Source: Azolla caroliniana (Eukaryota; Plantae; Polypodiophyta). Taken from it: 64,000 bases of DNA. Each line of letters opens with the position of its first letter. The stretch's first letter is position 1. The translations under genes were made by a program, and so were the position numbers. The notes beneath the pieces were generated by a model, which was not told the origin of the DNA, did no database searches, and saw only the letters and a list, made by a program, of their open reading frames with translations. Below, piece after piece: positions 26,639-37,799 of this stretch. Location: assembly GCA_043228905.1 (NCBI GenBank), contig JBHGNT010000012.1, positions 11,408,001 through 11,472,000 on the forward strand. Reading direction: 5' to 3'.

Positions 26639-27098
26639 TGTTAGAGCTAGATCCTAATGTAAGCATGAGATAAGGATATAAAAGATAAATAGATAAAAGA
26701 GGATAGAGGAAGAAGGGTGCAATTGATCCACCCGACCACCACCAAGCGAAGGGATTGAGACGGACTCGTGCCTCAATTGGCGTCCCATACCACCGTCGTG
26801 GCGTCGAGTCGTGCCTGGTGCTGACGCAATCGCTACAAGAGTTAAGCCACCACAAGACAGAGTCTCAATGTAGTCAACAAGATGATCAAATGAGGGTAGC
26901 TAGGCGTCTTATTTATAGCGATACCAAAGGCCCCCAGGCAAGTCCACACTTGGCCTAATGGGTTGTCTCAATCCCGAGGATTAAAAGTAATCCTCCCCTT
27001 CTTTACACTCTCGTTTAACCCTCACACTTATCCACGTGTATAGAAGAATGCTACAGTAAATTCTCACCACAAGATATTATATGGTCATGCCCGTAACA
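26639..27098 (-). mobile_element. LTR of Tekay-like gypsy (no matching TSD)
   Basis: TG..CA; reverse-complement similarity to LTRs 27519-27983 and 36900-37342. Confidence 0.85.
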
Positions 27099-27103
27099 TC
27101 ACA

Positions 27104-27983
27104 ATTCTAAGACATTGTCTAAGGGTAAGTGCGCTAAGTTAGCCCCACGGTTTTGTGGACCTTTTATAGTCCTCAAATACATTGGGTCATCAGCCTATTG
27201 TCTCGGTCTTCCCGATGGTGTTAAAATTCATCCAGTTTTTCATGTGAGTCGTCTAAAAGAACTTTTAGGTTCTGGCGACAATACAGTTACAACTGAAACT
27301 CTGGTTACTTCTAAAGAATTATCTTCTAAACCACATGTACCAGAAAGAATTCTTGATGTTAAAACAAAAAAATTACGTACTACAGAAATCCGAGAATTTA
27401 AAATAAAATGGATGGATAAATCAATAAAAGATGCCACATGGGAACGTGAAAATTCTCTCAGAAGTAACTTCCCTAACTTTCCATTGCAAGAGTGCAATGT
27501 TTTAAAGAGGGGGAAGTATGTTATGGGCATGATCATATAATATCCCGTGGTGAGAATTTACCGTAGTATTCTATACACGTGGTCCAGGATAAATGTGAGG
27601 GTAAAACGAGAGTGTAAAGAAGGGGAGGATTACTTTTAATCCTCAGGATTGAGACAACCCATTAGGCCAAGTGTGAACTTGCTTGGGGGCCTTGTGTATC
27701 ACTATAAATAAGAGGCCTAACTACCCTCATTTCATCATCTTTTGACTACGTCGAGACTCTGTTTCGTGGTGGTTCAACTCTTGTAGCGGCACGCCAGCAC
27801 TAGGTACGACTCGACGCCACGACGGTGGTATGGGATGCCGATCAAGGCTCGAGTCCGTCTCGATCCCTTTGCTCGGGGGTGGTTGGGTGGATCGGCACCC
27901 TTCTTTCTCTCTATCCTTTCTATCTATCTATCTATCATTCTTTTCTCCTTATCATACGCTTACATTAGATCATATCTCTAATA
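27104..27983 (+). mobile_element. Tekay-like gypsy 3' end (INT C-term, chromodomain, PPT, LTR 27519-27983)
   Basis: KLAPRFCGPF..IHPVFHVSRLK..PERILD..IKWMD..DATWE; AAGAGGGGGAAGTA-TGTTATGG. Confidence 0.9.
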
Positions 27984-28093
27984 CTAGGCCTCATATCTAT
28001 AGCCAGACCTAAGACCCCCAGGCAAGTTCACACTTGGCCTAATGGGTTGTCTCAAATCCAAGGATTAAAAGTAATCCTTCCCTTCTTTACACG
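27984..28093 (-). mobile_element. Fragment of the same Tekay-like LTR family
   Basis: Reverse complement of about 36978-37088; another fragment at about 29383-29490. Confidence 0.75.
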
Positions 28094-28099
28094 TCCACT

Positions 28100-28535
28100 G
28101 ACTCCGATTCATATTCATCGATCGACTTCAAAAAGTCCGTTGACTCCAACTCATAGGTCGGTTGCTCTGAGTCTACTAACTCGGGTTCGGCTATGCCGAC
28201 TGGTTATCTCTGATTAACCAATTATGTTGGTTTAGTTAGTCTCAAGTCGACAGTAGGGGTTTAACTGGGAAGTCGATTTCAACTTTTGTAGCTTCTAGTC
28301 CTCTATTGTCTTGTATTCCAAGAAGACTACGTCCCGAATTCTCATTACCTTCTTGTCGACTAAGTCCCATAGCCTGTAGCCAAACTCATCTTCCGAGTAT
28401 CCCATGAATATGCATGGTTTCGACTTACTGTCGAGCTTCGACCTCTGATCCTTAGCTACGTGTATATATGCCAGACATCCAAACACCCTCAAGTGTCGGT
28501 AGGAGACATCCTTTCCTTTCCACACCCTCTGAGCC
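28100..28535 (-). mobile_element. Copia integrase C-terminal fragment
   Basis: WKGKDVSYRHLRVFGCLAYIHV..KLDSKSKPCIFMGYSEDEFGYRLWD. Confidence 0.85.
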
Positions 28536-28809
28536 CAATAGAGAAGTGCAATAGTCCTAGATTGTCATCTTGAACTCGAACTTAAACCTTTTCTTGATTA
28601 TGGGAGTGGTTGCAATAAAAAATTGACAATATATAACCATATTTCTATTCATTTGGTTATATACCATACTATATAGTCATATAAGCCTAAGCAATTAGAA
28701 AAAGATATACTATAAATGAAAAGTCTAATTTCAAAAAAACCCTTGCTTAGTACAAATACCATAATTAAAAACAATATGCTCTAACTTAACTTTACTATAG
28801 CTATATAAG

Positions 28810-29250
28810 GACTAGCTTGTCCAAATATATGGAAGGATCACTACTACTTTTTGCTTTGACATTGACAACAAGATGATTAGAGATCTACAAAATCTACCCA
28901 TCAAGAGGAACCCAATAATCCAATTACACCAAGGACTTGGTGCTTGTGTCAACCCATACATAACTCTATGTAGCCTCAATGTCCTTGTTTCATGAATTAG
29001 ATAGCTCAAATACAATGGCTTCCCCACATATAGCTTTAAGGTAGCCATTATTTAGAAAACCAAGCTTGATGTCCATCTAGTATGTGGGCTAATTCTAAGC
29101 CATGGACATTACCAAAGCCTTGACTTATATTCATCCATAGGCCTATTAATCTTGTACTTCACTCTCCAAACCAACTTCATCATGGTAACCTTCTTCTTTG
29201 GTTGATCCACTATGTACCAAGTCTAGTTGTTTGAATAATCTCCAACATTT
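28810..29250 (-). pseudogene. Highly decayed copia RT remnant
   Basis: LRLHRVMYGLTQAPSPW resembles LKKSLYGLKQAPRAW; upstream MDIK-like motif. Confidence 0.55.
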
Positions 29251-29489
29251 TGTAATGTTGTTGTTGGCACATGGTATGAACCATTTTCGGACAACATAGT
29301 CCTATGTTGTGCCAAATTTGTAAAGAACTATGTTGCCAATGTTCAATTTATATTAGGTTCACCAAATTTGTGTCTTCCTATAGTGAGGCCTCATATTTAT
29401 AGCCAAACTTAATGGCCTAGGAAAGTTTACATTTGGCCCTTATGGGTTGTCTCTATCCCTATGATTAAAAATAATCCTCCCCACTTTAC

Positions 29490-30000
29490 AATTGAAAGTA
29501 ATGTTTTGGAATTGTAGAGGATATCCATGGAATTGGATATTATATTTTTGGCTGAAACATCGAAGCATGAGGGAAAACGTGGTTACCTCATAAAATCGAT
29601 ATGGCCTCACTCCAAAGGGAATATTGGGCATGCCAAGATAGCATGTATCTACGATGAGAGCTTAGATAATTCTATCAAAGTATGCAAATATGATGATTGT
29701 AAGAGATACATATGGATAGAGGTTAATTTGGGGAAAGAGAAGCTCTACATAGTTGCATGTCACATTCCTCACAAAGACTCAAACTATAGTAGGTTTGGGT
29801 TAGATTGTGATGTCAATCTGTTTACAGAATTATGTCATGATATAATTTCATTTGAGAAGCTTGGTAAAATGTTAATTATGGGAGACTTCAATGCAAGAGT
29901 TGGAAAATTCCAAAATGTGTAGTCATTTGAAGAAAACGTAGTAGAACGTTGTCTATTGCGTCACTGGGAGGATTGTGTCATGTCCAATCATGGAAAAGTT
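29490..30000 (+). pseudogene. Non-LTR retrotransposon APE endonuclease fragment
   Basis: LKVMFWNCRG..DIIFLAET..IVACHIP..LIMGDFNARVG. Confidence 0.8.
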
Positions 30001-30199
30001 TTGATACATAAGTACATTACCTTGAGAGTAAGAATACACTGATCTATTACTGATATTGTGCATGTCTTAATTGGGGACCGTGGAACCTGTTGGGATAAAA
30101 GTCCTACTTTGCCCATGTTGTATCTCTAGTGTGAACACTTGGTTAACCCAACTATAAAACTAGGTTAACCAAGCTAGATTAGTGCACAGATATTCTCTT

Positions 30200-32869
30200 T
30201 GTTGAGAGGACAAGCTCAACCGGATCTGGATCAGTATCCAGAACGGAAAACCAAATAGGTATGCGGATCGGTATCCGAAACCAGGAGTTGGATCGGATTG
30301 TAACCGATAGGCCGTTAAAGGCCTACGATCTTAGCCTAGTACGTAGGCATATTTCTTGGAGTTAGTGTCAATCAGTCGTATGAGCATTGAAGTACATGAC
30401 AATAATTTTATAAGTCCTTTTATGGACATGTATAAAAGTGCTCACTGAGCACATTGTATGTAAAGAGTGATATTTTGAAATTGAGTTCATGTTGTTCAGC
30501 TCTCTCCCGTGCATTCTTTGTGTGTTTTGAAGCTCCCATTAAACCTGTGTATATTTTCTGTTAACATCTGGTGAAGTCGGTTAGGTCTTCAAGTCCACAT
30601 GTAATTCTTGACATGGTATCAGAGCAAGAGGGTTGAGAACCTTTGCTGCGGCAACAATTTCCATAGAAGAACCCTAACTTCCGGAAAAGAACATACCGAA
30701 AAGGAAAGAAATGGACAAAGGGATGGCAAGCTCGCTCCTGACGGAGAAACTCGACAGGAATAACTACGCATCTTGGTCTTACAAGATGCATCAGTATCTC
30801 CTTGGACACAAATACTGGAGCTATGTTGAGGGAGCGAATGAGGTAGCGTCGGATTCGTCACACAAGGACTTCCCGACATGGGAACAAGGAGCCAGTAGAG
30901 TGTTGTACTACTTCACGTCATGTGTGCACGACCATATGTTGGGCGAAATCAAGGATGCAAAATCGTCAAAAGAAGCCTAGGAAAATCTAAAGAAGATTTT
31001 CGCCGCCAATACCACGGCCCGGAAGTGGCAGCTCCAGAAAGAGCTCAACAACATCCAGTAAAGGGACATGTCGGTTACCAACTATACCACTAAAATAAAG
31101 GAGATCTGTGATGCACTGGGGTCCATCAATGTGTGATAGTAAACGAAGACGAGATGGTCCAGACCTGCCTTGGTGGTCTATCACAACGATACGGGCCAAT
31201 CAGGACAACGATTAGCACCTGGGAGAAGCCATTGTCCTTCTTCGACATGCAATTGATGTTGATGGTCGAAGAAAACCACACGATTGGGTGGAGGACCACT
31301 CAACCGGACAACCGGATATTATACACAAAGGCGGATCGGCCTCGTGGGCATTGAGGACGAGGTGGGTCGGCATCCAATAACGGCGGTTGGCAAGAGTAGA
31401 ACCGAAGGCATAGGGATAGTGCTGACAACAGTTTCGGACCCTCCACGAGTAGGGGGAGTCAAAGTAGCGTCGTAAACCGGCAAGCAAAGGCTGAAACAGA
31501 ATGTTGGTATTGTGGCAAGAAAGGCCACCGGGAGAGCAAGTGCTAGAAGAATCGCACCGATTCGGTTAAATCCAGATCCAACAAGACTAGACATGGGAGC
31601 TGGCAAGCGCGCACTACGCCGAAGGATCAAAAGGATCTGGAACCGGAAAAACCAAAAAAGGGCCAGCCTTTGTGATGAAAAACAAGGCGAACTCGATGAA
31701 GAAGACCACTTCCAAATTAGCGGAAGTGTCGTACGTTGACTCCAGAGCGTCGAATCACATGACGAGCCATGAAGAGTAATTCTCGTATTTAGAAAAGCCG
31801 GAGCAACGGGGAGTCATCGAAATCGGAGACGACACTCCTCACCCGATCGAACATGTCATAGAAGTTCCCCTCAACTACATTGGATAGAAGGGAAAGCTTA
31901 TGAACGTGCTTCACGTCCCAACAATCACAAAGAACCGGGTGTCGGTCAGGCAGATCGTTGACCAAGGGATGTAGGTGTGGTTTACGCACCTTGGGTGCTT
32001 TATCGAGGAAGAGGTCCAGATCATTGCGCAAGGGCTCCGAGACAGGAGGATGTTTATCCTCGACACCAACGACGTAGGCACCACTTTATTTGCAGAAGGT
32101 CAGAAGGTCAAGTCGGATATTGACCTATGGCGTAAGCGGATCTGTGGCCACGTTAACTACTAGAGACTTCAAGATTTGCAGTCGAAACAGGTTGTTTTCG
32201 GATTGCCAAAAATTTCATGGCTGGAAGGCCCAAATTTGTGAAACCTACCATCTTGGGAAGCAACACCAGCTTCCGTTCCCCACCGAAAGAAACCAGAGTC
32301 GTAACAAACTCGGCTTCATACATTCGGATGTATGGGGACCGGCAAAGAATGTTAGTTTTGGCGGGAGCCGATATTTCGTCTCTTTCATCGATGACTACAG
32401 CCGACACATGTAGATCTATCTCATCGAGAAGAAAAGCAAAGTCTTCGATTGTTTTTGAAACCTATAAAGTCTTGTCGAATAGGAAACGGAGAGAAAGATC
32501 AATTGTCTGCGGTCGGATAGCGGAAAATAGTATTTTTCTGGCCAATTCAACAACTATCTGCAGCAGAAAGGAATTCAGAGAGAATTCAACTGTCGATATA
32601 TGTCGGAGCAAAACGGCGTTGCCGAGAGGAAGAACCGGTCGATTGTTGAAGCGGCACTAGCAATGCTGGAGGAGAAGAGCATGCCTAAGTTCTACTGGGC
32701 CGAAGCGATACAGACGACCATCTACATCCAAAACTGGATCGGGGATAAGGTGTCAGCACACGAATTGTATTTTGGGCGGAAGCCAAATTTAAGGCACCTG
32801 AAGGTATCGGATGAGAAGCGGAGAAAGCTGGAAGCTGGACCCGAAGTCGGAGAAGTTTATCCTTGTCGG
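30200..32869 (+). mobile_element. Copia family B 5' half (LTR 30200-30613, PBS 30614-30625, gag, PR, INT)
   Basis: TGTTGAGAGG..TTGACA-TGGTATCAGAGC; KLDRNNYASWSYKMHQYLLGH; HSDVWGP; EQNGVAERKNRS; ends EKFILVG. Confidence 0.92.
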
Positions 32870-35800
32870 TGTCATGGACATGACAACAATCATGTCATGA
32901 TTCGAACTCTTGACCTACTGTATTTAATCGATATGTTTTAAGTAATACATAATCATGTTACCTTACTAGATTATTGTATATTATCTATTCTACATGTAGG
33001 ATTTTAGAAGCTTCAAGAAAGCTCTAGAAGCTAGAACATTCTAGAAGCTTGTGCATGAAAATGAGCCTTTGCATGGGGCTACATTTAGAGCCCATAAACA
33101 TGTATAAATACAAGGGTTCACCATGGGCTTAGTCAAGGTGAACAAGACCAGTTACGGAATCATAATTAAGTTCTAGAATCTAGAACATTCTAGAAGCTTG
33201 TGCATGAAAATCAGATCAAGCTTACTATCTGGCTACAACCCCAAGATATGCGAATGAGTTTTGCCGAGTTGGCCTCGTTGGGACTCTCCTCTCGGGAGCT
33301 GCACAAAGCTGGTTCGCGCCTTTGGTTGAAACATCATCGCCACTTCTCGATAAATTTTCTGCTTTCCTAGAAGAGTTCGAGGCGACATTTGGGGATACGG
33401 ATCGGGGTTGAACAAGCCTTACGAAACTCTATTCATTACATCAAGGTAAGTGTCCAGTGTTTGTTTATGCATCTAAATTTAGATAATTGGCATGTGATGT
33501 TCAGTGGGACAACCAAGCCCTTTGCGACCATTTTCATTGGGGCCTTCGAAGTGATGTTAAGAATCTACTACTAAACTTCCCGGAACCGACTTCATTATCG
33601 CAAGCCATCAAGCAAGCTGTCAGTTTTGACCACCACCTTTTTGAACTTCGACAAGAGGAACGGGCGACTTTCAAGTTGTCGCCCTTTCTCCACGTTAAAC
33701 CTATGGTATTACCCCAAGTGACTGCGAGATCTTCTCCAACGACATCGTTCAATGATCCTATGCCGATGGAAATTGATCGAGCTCGAGCCTCACTCACCAT
33801 AGCCGAACGACATCATCAACGAACCAATGGGCTATGTCTATACTGTGGCGCCTCTACGTATCTAATTCGTTTTTGCTCACTCAAAAGCAATCTGCGACAA
33901 GTCTATCAGGACAATCCAAGTAGTGGATCCTAGCATTCGGAAAACGACGATGTCCAACTACAGCAGGAGCCATGCAGTTGGACAACAGACATACATGTTG
34001 CTCCCAAATTTCTACTAACAACTTTTCCTTCGAGGTAACTCTCTATTTCCAATTTATTTTTATTAAATCCTTAGGGCTACTCAATTCCAAGGCCATGATG
34101 TGTTTTATGGACGAAACTTTCGTTCGTAAACACAACTTTCTTGTTGCCCGGTTGTCCAAGCCTATCCTAGTTGAAGCTATCGATGGGCGAATGCTCTCCT
34201 CTGGCGAGTCACCAAAGCCACGGTCCCCCTCATTTTGCAGCTCGGGTCCATCAAAAGGCCTTATCATTTTACCTCATCACTTCACCGCGGCATCCAATCA
34301 TACTTGGGTTGTCTTGGTTGAAAGCGAATAACCTTGTTATAGATTGGCACAACCATTCACTTACTTTTCAACCGCAAACTCACATCGAGGTTGGAGCAGC
34401 TTCCAATGTCGTTGTGTCAGAATGGCCCGAATCATTTTCTGTCAGGCACTCCTCCATTCAACTTGGACCAATGCACTCGGATGCTCATGCCCCAATCACA
34501 ATGCACTCCATCTCAATGGGCAATGACTCAGAGTCGAATACCCCAGCTTTAGTTCTTATGAAAGCCAATCTGGACTCGCTTCCATACAAATATGGTGACT
34601 TTGCTAATGTGTTCGAGAAGAAGAATGCAGATCACTTACCGAAGCATCAACCATATGATTGTCCGATCGATGTACAGGAGGGCACATCTCCACCCTTTGG
34701 GTCCATCTATGGTCTCTCTGAACTAGAACTAGAGGCTCTTCGCACATGTCTCGATGAAAATTGGGAGAAGGGCTTCATCCAACTGTCTAAGTCACCAGCT
34801 GGGCCCCCCATCTTTTTTGTGAAGAAAAAGGATGGATCATTGTGTCTATGTGTGGATTTCCGTGGCCTCAATAAAATCACGATACGTAATCGATACCCTT
34901 TACCTCTCATTCCAGAGCTCCTCGATCGCCTTCGTTGTGCACAGGTCTTCTCCAATATTTGACTTGCGTGGAGCATACAACTTGGTTCGGATTAAACCTG
35001 GTGATGAATGGAAGACGGCATTTCGTACGCGATACGGACACTTCAAGTACAAGGTAATGCCTTTTGAACTCACCAATGCTCCAGTTGTTTTTTCAACATA
35101 TGATGAACGACATATTTCGAGAATATCTCGATCACTTTGTCGTTATCTAACTTGATGATATTCTTGTTTTCTCGTCAAGCATTGAAGAGCATACTCACCA
35201 CTTTCGATTGATTCTCTCGAAACTCAGGGAGCATGGCCTCTATGCCAAGAGAGAAAACTGTGAGTTTCATTGCAATTCCATAGAATTTCTTGGTTATGTT
35301 ATCTCTCCCCAGGGCATCGCCATGGATCCAAGGAAAATCAAGACAATTCAAGAATGGGCCACTCCAAAACGCGTAAAGAATGTCCAATCGTTCCTTGGTT
35401 TCGCAAATTTCTATCGGCGATTTATCAAGGGGTTCTCCGTCATAGTCCAACCCTTGATTGAGCTTACTCGTAAAGGGATATTGTTTCAATGGACTCCATC
35501 TACTCAACACGCCTTCGACCTACTCAAGGAAGTTTTTACCCGGGCTCTAGTCCTCCTTCACGTCGACCCTACTAAGCCTTTTCTAGATTAAATAGATGCC
35601 TCTGACTTTGCCATTGGTGCCAACTTATCCCAACCCGATGATGGCATCCTACATCCGGTGGTGTACTACTCGCGAAAATTCACAGCTCCAGAAATCAACT
35701 ATCCCATCTACGACAAGGAGCTCAAGACTATAGTGGCAGCTTTCATGGAGTGGAGACCTTACTTGGCTAGGGTGCAACATCAGGTTCAGGTATTAACAGA

Positions 35801-36151
35801 TCATAAACATTTATTGTATTTCTCAACAACCCATACTTTGAATTGGCGACAGGCCTGTTTTTCAACTTTCTTAACCGACTATGACTTTGAAATTGTCTTT
35901 CGGCCGGGCGCACAAAACATGAAGGCTGATGCTCTTTCATGACGGTCGGATTTTGAGTTGAGCCCAAGGGATGATGCCTATGCTCAACAATCTCAATGTT
36001 TTCTTAAACCAGATCAATTCCAGCTCTTCGCCACATGCATGCTCCATGACGACTCTTTGCTTGAGGAGATAGCCAAAGCACTTCCCACCGACAAATTCGC
36101 CAACGCAATTCAAGAAGGTCTTATTGATTTGCCTAAATCCAAGCCCAATGA
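32870..36151 (+). mobile_element. Tcn1-like chromovirus G, 5' half (truncated 5' LTR 32870-33174, gag, PR, RT, RH)
   Basis: LTR about 93% identical by eye to reverse complement of 23276-23678; WDNQALCDHFHWGL, PMEID, CLYCG; [11 protein letters not shown]; IYDKEL. Confidence 0.92.
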
Positions 36152-37342
36152 TTTACTACGTGCAAATGGCAATGTGTAAAAAAAATCTCTTTCGATTGTT
36201 TCCTCTCCATCAATATCCAAGTTGTCTTGTTCTTCTTCATTTTATTTTGTACTTGATCTGAACATTCACATTTATAATATCGATCGTGTCTCAGGTCATT
36301 TATCATATTTTGAACAACAACTCAATGAAATCTTAAATGATTTTCGTGATGGTTTTTCGAGTGAACTACCACATGGGTTACCTCCTAAACGTAATATAGA
36401 CCATCGTATAGATATTGTACTTGGCGTTGCACCAATAAGTATACCTCTGTATCGCTTAAGTCGATCTGAAGAGGATGAGGTATCTAAGCAACTCAAGGAC
36501 TATTTACAAATGGGTTATATACGTTATAGTAAATCTCCATGGGATGCAGTTGTTCTCTTGGTAAAAAAGAAAGAGGACACATGGTGTATGTGTATTAATT
36601 ACCAACGCTTGAATAAAGTGACGATCAAGAATTCATATCCATTTCCCCGGGCTAACGCTTGAATAAAGTTAGCACCATGGTTTGTGGACCTTTTACATTC
36701 CTCAAACGCATTGGTTCATCAGCCTATCGTCTCGCTCTTCCTGATAGCGTTGAAATCCATCTAGTTTTTCATGTAAGTCATCTAAAAGAACTTCTTGGTT
36801 TTGGCGACAATACAGTTACAACAGAAACTCTGGTTACTTGTAAAGAATTGTCTTCGAAATCACATGTACCAAAAGTGTAATGTTTTAAAGAGGGGGAGGC
36901 ATGTCCATATAATATCCCATGGTAAGTTTTACCATAGTATTCTATACATGTGAATAAAGTGTGAGGATTAAACGAGAGTGTAAAGTAGGGAAGGATTACT
37001 TTTAATCCTTGTGATTGAGACAACCCATTAAGGCCAAGTGTGAACTTGCCTGGGGGTCTTTGGTCTGGCTATAAATATGAGGCTTAGCTACCCTCATTTG
37101 ACACATGATCGACTACATTGAGATTCCGTCATTGTGGTAGGTCAACTCTTGTAGTGAGCGCGCCACTACCAAGTACGACCTGACGCCATGGCAGTGGTAT
37201 GGGACACCAATCGAGGCTCGAGTCCATCTCGATCCCTTCGTTCGGGGTGGTTGGGTGGATCAACACCCTTCTTTCTCTCTCTCCTTATCTATTTATCTTT
37301 TATATCCTTATCTCATGCTTACATTAGGATCTAGCTCTAACA
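36152..37342 (+). mobile_element. Tekay-like gypsy with most of pol deleted; 3' LTR about 36900-37342
   Basis: [29 protein letters not shown] fused to CGPF..VFHVSHLK; PPT AAAGAGGGGGAG; ends CTCTAACA. Confidence 0.88.
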
Positions 37343-37799
37343 CAAGTTGTATCAAAGATAGGGAGATATTTGTAGCTTAGACCAAGTTCTATATTTGTGT
37401 AACATAAGACCCACCTTAACATACGTAATGGGAGTGTTGGCAAAGTTCACACCATATGCCGTGAAGATTTATTGGCATTTTTTAGATGCATACACATAGA
37501 CACCTCTGAAGGATAAACTATCGGATTGGAATCAATCATGGTGAAGGGACAAAGCTTTTTGGATATTATGATTATGATCGAACAAGGAATTTCAAGTATA
37601 GAAGTGAACCTCCAAATTTTGTTTCATTTTTGCGTTCAAAATATTTTCATGAACCAACAAGAAGCAATATGGCGAAGAAAGCTTCTACCTAAAATGAGGA
37701 TGTTGATCGCCGGAGTCAACATGGATAGGAGTTGACAACAAGAGTTTCATCATTATTCCAAAGAATATAGTGTTCTATGGGTAAAACAAATTGAAATAA

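Noticed and set aside
37343-37782. Possible DNA-transposon remnant hosting the LINE (continues 42008-42400)
   Set aside because: No recognisable motif or terminal repeats
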